20,000 nucleotides of DNA from Isosphaeraceae bacterium. Lineage in GTDB: Bacteria; Planctomycetota; Planctomycetia; Isosphaerales; Isosphaeraceae. Both the position numbers and the translations under genes were made by a program. The stretch spans positions 300,197 to 320,196 of the forward strand of contig CBDAVP010000014.1 in assembly GCA_965201075.1 (NCBI GenBank), in the 5' to 3' direction. The notes beneath the pieces were generated by a model that saw nothing but the letters and a program-made list of their open reading frames with translations, did not search any database and was not told where the DNA came from. The stretch's first letter is position 1. The number at the start of each line of letters is the position of its first letter. Of the stretch, positions 10,586 to 20,000 are shown in pieces.

Positions 10586-11374
10586 ATGGTGTATTCGGCG
10601 TTGATGAAGGCCCTGTTTCGGACGGTTTATGGGGAGCCCCCGTTGGAGGCGCCGGCGGGGGCGGGTTTGGTGCTGGTGGCCGATGGGGTGGGGGGGTTAG
10701 AGCTTTGCGGGACGGCGCTTCAGCATGTGGCGGCGGCGGGGGGGCTTCCGCTGGAGGTCCGTCCGTTTGTCTGGGGGCATGGGTTTGGTCGCTGGCACGC
10801 CGACCTGACCAACGTGGCCAACCATGCCGCCAAGGCCGCGTTATTGGTGGAGCAGGTGCGGGCGTTTCGTCGAGAGCGGCCGGGGGCGCCGGTGTTCCTG
10901 GTGGGGAAGTCGGGGGGGACGGGGTTGGTGGTCCGGGCGTTGGAGGGATTGGAGGCGGGGTCGGTGGAGGCGGCGGTGTTGTTGGCTCCGGCGCTGGCTC
11001 CGGGGTATGACCTTTCGGGGGCGTTGCGGGCGGTCAGGCGGGAGATGGTGGTGTTCTGGTCGCCGCTGGACCTGGTGATCCTGGGGATCGGGACGCGGAT
11101 TTTTGGGACGGTGGACCGGGTGAACTCGGTGAGCGCGGGGCTGGTGGGGTTCCGAGAGCCGGCGGGGGCGGATCGAACCGCGTATGAGACGAAGCTGCGG
11201 CAGGTGCGTTGGGGTCCGTCGATGGCCAGGAGCGGGTACTTCGGTGGGCATGTTGGACCGGATGTGCCGGCCTTTTTGCGGACTCACGTGGTGCCGCTTT
11301 TGACGGGTGTGACGGGCGCCGAAGTTCAAGCGGGGCCGGGGTCAAGCTCGCGCGTTGACGCGCCGATAACGTAA
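10586..11374 (+). CDS. Alpha/beta-hydrolase fold protein (putative esterase/lipase)
   Basis: Nucleophile elbow VFLVGKSGG, VLLAPAL, a candidate catalytic Asp (SPLD) and His (GGH). Confidence 0.85.
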   Translation: MVYSALMKALFRTVYGEPPLEAPAGAGLVLVADGVGGLELCGTALQHVAAAGGLPLEVRPFVWGHGFGRWHADLTNVANHAAKAALLVEQVRAFRRERPGAPVFLVGKSGGTGLVVRALEGLEAGSVEAAVLLAPALAPGYDLSGALRAVRREMVVFWSPLDLVILGIGTRIFGTVDRVNSVSAGLVGFREPAGADRTAYETKLRQVRWGPSMARSGYFGGHVGPDVPAFLRTHVVPLLTGVTGAEVQAGPGSSSRVDAPIT

Positions 11375-11464
11375 GGGCCCGGGGGACAGTTGCCCTGGGA
11401 AACGGCTGGCGAATCGACCCGGATCTTGCCACAATGGCCGGCCGGGTCGGGGACGCCGGGCCGG

Positions 11465-11475
11465 TGTGGTAGGAT
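11465..11475 (+). promoter_or_regulatory. Putative extended -10 promoter upstream of eno
   Basis: TGTG-G-TAGGAT matches TRTGn-TAnnnT. Confidence 0.4.
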
Positions 11476-11704
11476 CGGTCGGAAGTCCGGGCGTGCCGGG
11501 CGGGGCCCCTCAAACGGATGGGCCCCGCCCCGCACGCCCGAAGCCCACCATGATCTCCACCGTTGTGCGTGCCCAAGAACTGGCTCCCTTTGAGCCGCAC
11601 CGCGCGGCGGTCCCGCCCCTGATTCGGGGAGTTCGCTCCCCCTTCGCCCCCAACACCACTCGCGGGGGCGGGACCGTCCCGCGCAATGATTCTTGGCCCT
11701 TTGA

Positions 11705-13132
<1,428 letters not shown>

Positions 13133-13162
13133 GGATTCGTTGATTTGGGCAGGAGTTCGACG

Positions 13163-13198
13163 GGGGAGCCCGGGTTTTGAGGCCCGGGTTCTCTTTTG
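13163..13198 (+). terminator. Rho-independent terminator after eno
   Basis: gggagcccgggtt-ttga-ggcccgggttctc stem-loop followed by tttt. Confidence 0.8.
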
Positions 13199-13369
13199 TC
13201 ATTGTTGGAGTTTGAGGGCCGTGGCGTGTTGGGTTGTCGGGGACGTGGGCAGGCCGAGGCCAGCACGATGATGCTGCCGAGGACGAGGCCGCGTCATGGA
13301 GGCGAACGAGGAGCCCGGGAAGTTGGTCGTGGTCGTGTGAACCGTTCCTTTTGCCCGAGGAAACTCGAC

Positions 13370-14332
13370 GTGAACCGCACGATGAAGGTCGGCCTGGTCG
13401 TGATTTCGGCCTCGATGGCGTTGTTGGGCATGGACGGTTCGGCCCACGCCCGGCCGTCGGTCGTGGTGCATTACCGGACCGTGAAGGTCGGCGATCTGGA
13501 TGTCTTTTATCGGGAGGCAGGCCCGGAGGGGGCGCCGACGGTCCTGCTGCTCCACGGCTTCCCGACGAGTTCGCAGATGTTCCGCAACCTGATTCCGGCG
13601 CTGGCCGACCGGTATCACGTGGTGGCGCCGGATTATCCCGGCTACGGCCATAGCTCGATGCCCGATCGCGAGAAATATGCCTACACGTTCGACAACCTGG
13701 CGAAGACCGTCGACGCGTTCACCGAGAAGCTCGGCCTGAAGACCTACGCGCTTTACGTGCAGGACTACGGCGCCCCGGTCGGCTACCGGCTGGCCGTGGC
13801 CCATCCGGAGCGGGTGACGGCGATCGTCGTGCAGAATGGCAACGCCTATGACGAGGGGCTCGACAATGAGTTCTGGAAGCCGATCAAGGCGTACTGGAAC
13901 GAGCCGAAGAGTCGGGAGAAGCGAGACGCCTTGCGGTCGTTCCTGTCCTATGACGCGACCCGCTGGCAGTACACGAACGGCGTGAAGGACGCCGACCTGG
14001 TCAGCCCGGACGGGCCGGCGCATGACCAGTTCCTGCTGGACCGCAAGGGGAATGATGAGATCCAGCTGGACCTGTTCCTCAGCTACGGGAGCAACCCGCC
14101 GCTTTATCCGAAGTGGCAGGCCTATTTCCGAGAGCACCAGCCGCCGATGCTGATCGTTTGGGGGAAAGGCGACGCGATCTTCCCTCCGGCCGGAGCCGAG
14201 CCCTACAAGCGCGACCTGAAGGAGGTCGAGTTCCATCTCATCGATGCCGGGCATTTCGCGCTGGAGACCCGAGGCGCCGAGATCGCTGGGCTGATGCGGG
14301 AGTTCCTGGGCAAACACCTGCGTGGGGAATGA
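13370..14332 (+). CDS. Alpha/beta hydrolase of the epoxide hydrolase/haloalkane dehalogenase type, with signal peptide
   Basis: [20 protein letters not shown], Asp nucleophile QDYG and AGHFALE. The N-terminus [27 protein letters not shown] looks like a signal peptide. GAGGA precedes GTG 13370. Confidence 0.92.
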   Translation: MNRTMKVGLVVISASMALLGMDGSAHARPSVVVHYRTVKVGDLDVFYREAGPEGAPTVLLLHGFPTSSQMFRNLIPALADRYHVVAPDYPGYGHSSMPDREKYAYTFDNLAKTVDAFTEKLGLKTYALYVQDYGAPVGYRLAVAHPERVTAIVVQNGNAYDEGLDNEFWKPIKAYWNEPKSREKRDALRSFLSYDATRWQYTNGVKDADLVSPDGPAHDQFLLDRKGNDEIQLDLFLSYGSNPPLYPKWQAYFREHQPPMLIVWGKGDAIFPPAGAEPYKRDLKEVEFHLIDAGHFALETRGAEIAGLMREFLGKHLRGE

Positions 14333-14373
14333 CCCGGGCCTGTCGCTCCGGTCACTTCCTCATCCTTGGGGGC

Positions 14374-14982
14374 TCAGTCGAGGTTGGTCCCCAGTGGTAC
14401 GGGGGCGTGGCCGGCGACGGCTCGGAGCATGGCCTGGGAGGACTCTCGGCCGAAGCGGCCCTGGGTGTGACGGAGGTAGGGGTAGCCGAGCTTGATCAAG
14501 AATTGATGGGGCAGGGAAAAGGCCAGGACGTCGTAGTGGACAGCGCCGGTGGTTTCGTCGTAGTCGACCTGGAAGCGTTCCTCGCCGGTGCCGGCGTGGT
14601 CGGGGAGGGTTCCGTAGGCGAAACCGAAGCGGTGGACCGGGGCGGGGTCGTCCAGGACGTAGATGATCCGGCAGGCGTTGATCCACCAGAGGCCGACCTT
14701 GTGGGCGACGACCGCGACGAGGCCGTCGGGCTCGATCGGGGCGTTCTCGGGCATGATGCCGACCCATCCCAGGCGGAACTGGTCCCAGCGACGCAGGGCC
14801 GCCCTGGCTCGTTGGTAAACCTCGGGACCCTCGCCGAGCTTGAACCGGGTGTGATCCAGGTTATAACCTTGCGGGGGCTCGCCGGCCGTGGCGCCGACGG
14901 CCTTGTAGGTGAACCCGTGCCGACCTTGCGTCTGGAGGAAGCGGCGGACCGTCTCGTCGTTGGGTTTGCGGAGGGATCGCAT
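14374..14982 (-). CDS. DUF1990 (UPF0548) family protein
   Basis: FTYKAVGAT, LGEG..YQRARAALRRW, NACRIIY, RFGFAYGTLPDHAGTGEERF and YDVLAFS. Confidence 0.9.
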   Translation of the reverse strand: MRSLRKPNDETVRRFLQTQGRHGFTYKAVGATAGEPPQGYNLDHTRFKLGEGPEVYQRARAALRRWDQFRLGWVGIMPENAPIEPDGLVAVVAHKVGLWWINACRIIYVLDDPAPVHRFGFAYGTLPDHAGTGEERFQVDYDETTGAVHYDVLAFSLPHQFLIKLGYPYLRHTQGRFGRESSQAMLRAVAGHAPVPLGTNLD

Positions 14983-15106
14983 CGGGGTCTCGAATCAGGG
15001 CATGGCGGGGCGTGGCGGGTTGGGCGGGAGCGAGGGCGGTCGGGTTGTTCTAGGCGGTGGCTGGGGCCGCGGCCGAAATTTTCCTTGTTAGGGGGGCGGC
15101 CAGGCC

Positions 15107-16030
15107 GTGGCGATCGCGAATCGGCAGGGGACCATCTTACTCGCCGGGGGGAGCGGGTCCATTGGGAGCCGCCTCATCCCGAGGCTTGAAGCCGGCGAGC
15201 GGCCGTTGCGCTGCCTGGCGCGCGACCCGGAGAAAATGGCCGGGGCGGTGACGACGGCCGAGGTCGTCCGGGGGGACGTCACCGATCGGTCGTCGCTGGA
15301 CCGGGCGATGGCGGGGGTCGACACGGCGTATTACCTGGTCCACCTGATGTCGGGGTCGAGCGACTTCGAGCAGCAGGACCGCGACGCGGCGAGGAACTTC
15401 GCCCAGGCGGCGCGGGCGGCCGGGGTGCGGCGGGTGATCTATCTGGGCGGCCTGGGGGACGACTCGGACCCGGACCTTTCGCCCCACCTGCGCAGTCGTC
15501 ACGAGGTGGGGGAGATCCTGCGGAGCCTGGGGGTCGAGACGATCGAGTTCCGTGCCGGGATGATCGTCGGGGCGGGGAGCCTGTCGTATGAACTGCTCAA
15601 GAAGCTGACCGACCGCCTGCCGGTGATGCTTTGCCCCCGCTGGTTGCGGACCAGGACGCAGCCGATCGCCGTCGACGACGTGCTGGCCTACCTGGAGGCC
15701 GCGCCCGACGTGGTGGTGCCGGGCAGCCGCGTCTTCGAGATTGGGGGAACGGATGTTCTGCGGTACAACGACGTCATCCGGGAGTACGCGCGGCAGAAAG
15801 GCTTGAAGCGAGTGCTGATCCCGGTGCCGCTGCTGTCGCCGACGCTTTCGGGGCTATGGCTGGCGCTGGTGACGCCGAATCAGTTCGGGGTTGGGCGGCA
15901 CCTGATCGAGGGGTTGAAGAACCCGACGCTGGTGCGGGATCGCTCGGCGCTGGAGGCGTTCCCGATCCGGCCGATGGGGTTCCGTGAGGCGATGGCCCGG
16001 GCGATCGAGGAGGGAGACAAGGAGCATTGA
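15107..16030 (+). CDS. NAD(P)-binding extended/atypical SDR (YbjT-like N-terminal domain)
   Basis: ILLAGGSGSIG, AYYLVHLM, RRVIYLGGLG, LSPHLRSRHEVG, FRAGMIVGAGSLSYE and TQPIAVDDVL. Confidence 0.88.
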   Translation: MAIANRQGTILLAGGSGSIGSRLIPRLEAGERPLRCLARDPEKMAGAVTTAEVVRGDVTDRSSLDRAMAGVDTAYYLVHLMSGSSDFEQQDRDAARNFAQAARAAGVRRVIYLGGLGDDSDPDLSPHLRSRHEVGEILRSLGVETIEFRAGMIVGAGSLSYELLKKLTDRLPVMLCPRWLRTRTQPIAVDDVLAYLEAAPDVVVPGSRVFEIGGTDVLRYNDVIREYARQKGLKRVLIPVPLLSPTLSGLWLALVTPNQFGVGRHLIEGLKNPTLVRDRSALEAFPIRPMGFREAMARAIEEGDKEH

Positions 16031-16045
16031 GGTCGGAACTCTCGG

Positions 16046-17105
16046 TCAGCCGGCGCCGGCGAGAGTTCCGCAGGCGGCCTGGATGTCCTTGCCGCCAGAG
16101 TAGCGGCGGGCGACCGGCTGGCCGACGTGGCGGGTCAGGGCGTCGCGGAACGCCGAGAGTTCGGCCGGGGTTGGAGGCGAGTAGCGGCCGGTGGGGTCGG
16201 TGACGTCGATCAGGTCGAGGCGGACCGGGGTGTCGCCGATCAGGGCGCCGAGGGCCTGGGCGTCGGCTTCGCTGACGTTTTCGCCCGCGATGCAGACGTA
16301 GGAGAGGTTGACGCGGTCTCGGCGAGCCTGGGCGTGGCGGCGGGCGGCGGCCAGGACCTCGGCGACTGGCCACTTCGCCGCGACGGGGACGAGGCGGGCT
16401 CTTTGGGCGTCGGTGGGGGCGCCCAGACTGATCGAGAGGCGGTACTTGTGGCCGGCCTCGGTGTAGGCGTCGATCGAGGGGACGATGCCGACGGTGCTGA
16501 GGGTGATCTTGCCCCGCGCCGATGGCGCCGCCGAAGGGGCAGGACAGCAACGCCGCGGCGTCGAGCACCTTCGGGAGAACCGAGGGCAAGAGCGGTTCGC
16601 CCATCCCCATGAAGACGGCGCCGGTGACTCGTCGGCCCTGGTCGTGGGCGACCTCTCGGGCGTGGGCCCACTGGTCGAGAATCTCCCAGGTGGCCAGGTT
16701 GCGACGGGTCGGCATCCGGGCGGTGGCGCAGAAGGTGCAGCCCATCGCGCAGCCGACCTGCGACGAAAGGCAGACGCTGACGGCGCCGGCTTTGTGCAGG
16801 GGGATGAGCACCGTCTCGATCGCCAGGCCGTCGCCGGTGCGAAACAGCAGTTTCTGGAACCCGTCGACGGCCGACGTGACCGAGCGTTCGAGTCGCAGAC
16901 GCGGCAAGGGGTTACGGACCCGGGCAATCGCGCTCTTGGGAACCTGAAAGTCGCGGGTCCAGATCGCTGGGTCATACCCTCCCCGGGCGACGACGGCGGT
17001 GACCAGCCGGCGGCCGACCCCGGGGACGAAGCCGAGGGCGGCGACGTGGGCCAGGGTGGCGTCGGGCGACTGGTCGCGGGGGTCGAATGGTTCGTCGGTT
17101 GACAC
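16046..17105 (-). CDS. RlmN/Cfr-family radical SAM RNA methyltransferase; apparent +1 frameshift at about 16511-16515
   Basis: IETVLIP, VCLSSQVGCAMGCTFCAT (CxxxCxxC), FMGMGEPL in one frame; KITLSTVG, LSISLGA and GKDIQAACGTL in the next. The span from GTG 17105 is 1060 nt (3n+1). Confidence 0.88.
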
Positions 17106-17322
17106 GGTCGGGGGCTCTCGGCGTCCGTCGGGACAACGCGAGCTTAGCCGGACGGGCGAGGCAGTCGGTAGTCGAGGTTGGGCGGTTAGCAGGGCCGTTA
17201 TCTTCTCCATTGGCCTTGCAATGGGACATCGGGCGACGAAAGAGGGACAGGCACCGGCGGAGTACCGCTGGAGCCAGTCCCCTTTGGCCCATCCAAAGTG
17301 AGAACGTAGAGCCCTGGCGCGT

Positions 17323-17859
17323 TCAGGGGTTGGACTGGAAGGCGAAGTACATTTTGAAAGTGGGGGACGGCGACGTTCGGGCGTACATGAGGCCGAGGTA
17401 GAGGCCGGGGGCGACCTGGCGAATCTCGTCGCGGTTGGCGGCGTAGAGGCGGGAGGTGCCGGCGTAGTCAAGGATCAAGGAGGGGCGGCCGTCGAGCCAA
17501 CTGGAGCCGGCGTAGGTACGGCCGCGGATGGCTCGGACGCCGAAGAAACGATTCACCGCGGAGCCGTCGGCGTTGTTGAAGACTTTCCCCTGCCAGGCGA
17601 GGCGAGAACCGGCCGAGAGGGGTCCGGCGAAGGTCGAGCCCGGCGCGATCAGGGCCCGGCCGCGGACCTTGCCGCTGGGCATCGGGCCCGGGGTGGAGGC
17701 CCGGTACAGGGCGTCGAGCTGGGCGGGGGTCAGCCGGGCGAGGTCGCCGAGGGAGGTGATCGTTTGAACCTGGGCGAGGGCGTTCGGGGCGGCGAGGGTC
17801 GGGCCGACGAGGCTGCCGGCAACCAGCAGCAGCAGGACACGGGCGGTGGGGCGAGACAT
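17323..17859 (-). CDS. Secreted hypothetical protein
   Basis: GGAGG precedes ATG 17859. Signal peptide MSRPTARVLLLLVAGSLVGPTLAAPNALA. Conserved-looking motifs LDALY, WQGKVF, SWLDGRPSLILDY and RDEIRQVAPGLYLG. Confidence 0.8.
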   Translation of the reverse strand: MSRPTARVLLLLVAGSLVGPTLAAPNALAQVQTITSLGDLARLTPAQLDALYRASTPGPMPSGKVRGRALIAPGSTFAGPLSAGSRLAWQGKVFNNADGSAVNRFFGVRAIRGRTYAGSSWLDGRPSLILDYAGTSRLYAANRDEIRQVAPGLYLGLMYARTSPSPTFKMYFAFQSNP

Positions 17860-18125
17860 CGGCGGACCTCCGGGGATGGGCGACCTCGGGCGTATCGGCG
17901 GGTGGGTCGGAAGGGCTTGAAGCAAACGGGATTTCGCCGGGCGCGAGTGCGCCGGTCGGGGCGGCGGGGTGGAACGGGAGGCGTCGGCGGACTACAATGG
18001 AGTGGCCGGACGTTGTCCCGTCTGTCCGGGCGAGCCCCTCGACTCTCTCCGAATACCGGCCCAGGCCCGACGCGGCCGTGGGGTCGGCCCGGTCTCTTGA
18101 CTCTAACCATGAGCGTGGCGATAGC

Positions 18126-19370
18126 ATGGGCATGGACGTGGCCCCCGACGAGTCGGAGATCATTCGGCGTTCCACGACAGTCGCCGCGGTGCCGGGCGGG
18201 GCGGATGGCGACGACTCGGTGGCCGATGTCGATTTGATCTCGGGGGGCGGTCCTCGCGCCCTGGTCGAGCGCTATTTTGGGATCGTCGACTCGTCCCAGT
18301 TGGACTGGACCGAGCATCACCGTTTGATTCGGAGGCTGGGCTCGGGCGGCCAAGGGGTGGTGTTCCTGGGAGAGCGCCGGGGAGTCGACGGGTTTCGCCT
18401 GCCGGTGGCGCTGAAGGTGTTCTCTCCGCAACGCTATGCCGACGACTTCGCCTACAACGAGACGATGGCGAGGATGGCCCGCGTGGCCGTGAGGGTCGCG
18501 CAGATTCAGCAGGACCACCTGCTCGACGTGCAGAACTTCGTGGCGCGCGAGGGGATTCGCGTCATGGAGATGGAGTGGATCGACGGGTACGACCTCCAGC
18601 GTCTCCTGACCCCGGAGATGCTCCGCAGCGTGAGAGACCGGGTCGACGACGATCGTTGGGCTTATCTCAACGATGTGATCGTCACTCCTGGCATCATCGG
18701 GCCGAGGCTCAAGCCGGGTATTGCCATTGCCGTGCTGCGGGACTGCCTGGCGGCGCTCTCGGCCTTGCATCGCGAGGGGGTGGTGCATGGGGACGTCAAG
18801 CCGTCGAACATCATGCTGAAGCGGACCGGAAGCGCGAAGCTGATCGACATTGGCGCGGCGTTTTCCAAGGATGACGCGCCAACCCGCACGACCTGCACAC
18901 CGAGCTACGCGGCGCTGGAGGTGCTGGAAGGGGCCGAGGGTTCGTTCCAGTCGGACCTGGCGAGCCTGGGTTACGTCCTGATCGAGATGCTCTCGGGAGC
19001 CCCGCCGTTCGCCGGGTTGACGAGGTTTGGCGAATTGCGGAGGGCCAAGCGGGAGATCCTGGAGCACCTGCCGAGGACCCTGCCGCACGAGGTCGTCCGC
19101 AACGACCTGTTGATGAGCCTCATCACCGGCCTCATCGAGCCGGACCCGTCGCGGCGGTTTCCCGACGCCGAGGCCGCCGACCTGGTGGAGAAGGGGGCCG
19201 CGAGCTTCCACCGGCAGTTGGTCAAGGGGGACTTGGCCAGCGAGTACGGCAACGAGATCCGCGTGTGGCTCGAAGAGTTGGACTACGAGGCCGGGGGCGA
19301 CGACGCGGGAGAGACCCTGCTGGCGGCCCGGCCCGGGGATGACGAGCCGGCGGCCGGGTTCGGGGGTTGA
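18126..19370 (+). CDS. Hanks-type serine/threonine protein kinase (start uncertain: 17997, 18126 or 18132)
   Basis: LGSGGQGVVF, VALK, MEWIDG, HGDVKPSNIM, KLIDIG, TPSYAALE and SDLASLG. No transmembrane segment is evident. Confidence 0.92.
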   Translation: MGMDVAPDESEIIRRSTTVAAVPGGADGDDSVADVDLISGGGPRALVERYFGIVDSSQLDWTEHHRLIRRLGSGGQGVVFLGERRGVDGFRLPVALKVFSPQRYADDFAYNETMARMARVAVRVAQIQQDHLLDVQNFVAREGIRVMEMEWIDGYDLQRLLTPEMLRSVRDRVDDDRWAYLNDVIVTPGIIGPRLKPGIAIAVLRDCLAALSALHREGVVHGDVKPSNIMLKRTGSAKLIDIGAAFSKDDAPTRTTCTPSYAALEVLEGAEGSFQSDLASLGYVLIEMLSGAPPFAGLTRFGELRRAKREILEHLPRTLPHEVVRNDLLMSLITGLIEPDPSRRFPDAEAADLVEKGAASFHRQLVKGDLASEYGNEIRVWLEELDYEAGGDDAGETLLAARPGDDEPAAGFGG

Positions 19371-19443
19371 GGGCTTCGGACCTTCCGGGGCGGTTTTTGG
19401 GGTCGGGAGGCCGTCGGGGTCTTGACACGCTGAGGTTGGCCGG

Positions 19444-20000
19444 TCAGTCCCGGGAGGGTCGGGAGGCGCGGGCTCCTCGGCGGACGGTGTCGGTGGGCTA
19501 GCGGTAGGGCTTCGAGCTGGAAACGGGGGGAGCCGGCGGGGCCCGAGGCGTGGATGTCGAAGATGTTGGCGCTGGCTCCCCTCAAGAGGTCGCCCAGGAC
19601 CGGGACGTGCCAGGCGTCTCGTCCGTAGTGGGCCTTGAGGCGGATGTCGATCTGGCCCTGGGCGTCGAGGGTACCTCGGCCTCGGAGGCTGATGGCGTCT
19701 CCGGTGAGCTTGATCGGGTCGAGATAGGTTTTTCCGTCGCGGATGCGGAGGGCGACGTCGGCGGAGTCGAAGGCCGTTTTGGTCGCCTTGGAGAAACTGA
19801 GCAGTTTGAAGAGGGGTAGGAGGCTGGGGAGTTCTCCGAGGGCTCCTCCGGCGATGTGGGCTTCGCCCTGGCCCTGGATCGTGTGGACGTCGTAGCCGAT
19901 TCCGGAGAGGACCAGGTGGCCGGACAGGAGGCCGCGGAGGGACTGCTTGCCGGCGATGGTTTTGGTGAGGGCTCGGAGGTCGGCGTTGGTGACGGTGAGG
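19444..20000 (-). CDS. 3' part of a large AsmA-like/TamB-type envelope protein (partial; 3' end 19444 if frameshifted, 19283 as sequenced)
   Basis: Hand translation: LTVTNADLRALTKTIAGKQSLRGLLSGHLVLSG...IQGQGEAHIAGGALGELP...TAFDSADVALRIRDGKTYLDPIKLTGDAISLRGRGTLDAQGQIDIRL. This is an amphipathic beta-strand pattern like AsmA C-termini. Confidence 0.7.

Noticed and set aside
16046..17105. Cfr antibiotic-resistance methyltransferase call
   Set aside because: The motifs are shared across the RlmN/Cfr family, and I can see no Cfr-specific evidence or mobile context.
15774..17471. 565-aa ORF as a single long radical SAM protein
   Set aside because: Only about 17105-16515 is RlmN-like. The upstream extension overlaps another gene and the tail is out-of-frame read-on after the frameshift.
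17730..19211. 493-aa minus-strand ORF
   Set aside because: Antisense to the Ser/Thr kinase; no independent motifs.

Overview
GC-rich bacterial chromosomal DNA. The gene set (sulfatase, DacZ-type diadenylate cyclase, Hanks kinase, AsmA-like protein, GKSGG hydrolase) suggests a planctomycete; this is inference. About 17 CDS are supported, in order: arylsulfatase, secreted Ala/Lys-rich protein, diadenylate cyclase, SDR, family-5 solute-binding-like protein, Tat-signal hypothetical, katE, alpha/beta hydrolase, eno, a second alpha/beta hydrolase, DUF1990, NAD(P)-binding protein, RlmN-like radical SAM, secreted hypothetical, Ser/Thr kinase and a partial AsmA-like gene, plus a possible gene tail at the left edge. 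The best lead is an orphan, signal-less SBP_bac_5-like ORF (5372-6991) broken by one in-frame TGA, with a stem-loop and the conserved G(S/T)GPF motif directly after the stop; it is a candidate for UGA recoding. Other points: matching sigma-54 promoters upstream of the SDR/SBP pair and katE; three apparent +1 frameshifts (probably sequencing error); a low-GC island; a REP-like hairpin pair; and a long putative eno leader. I found no rRNA, tRNA, CRISPR array or transposase.
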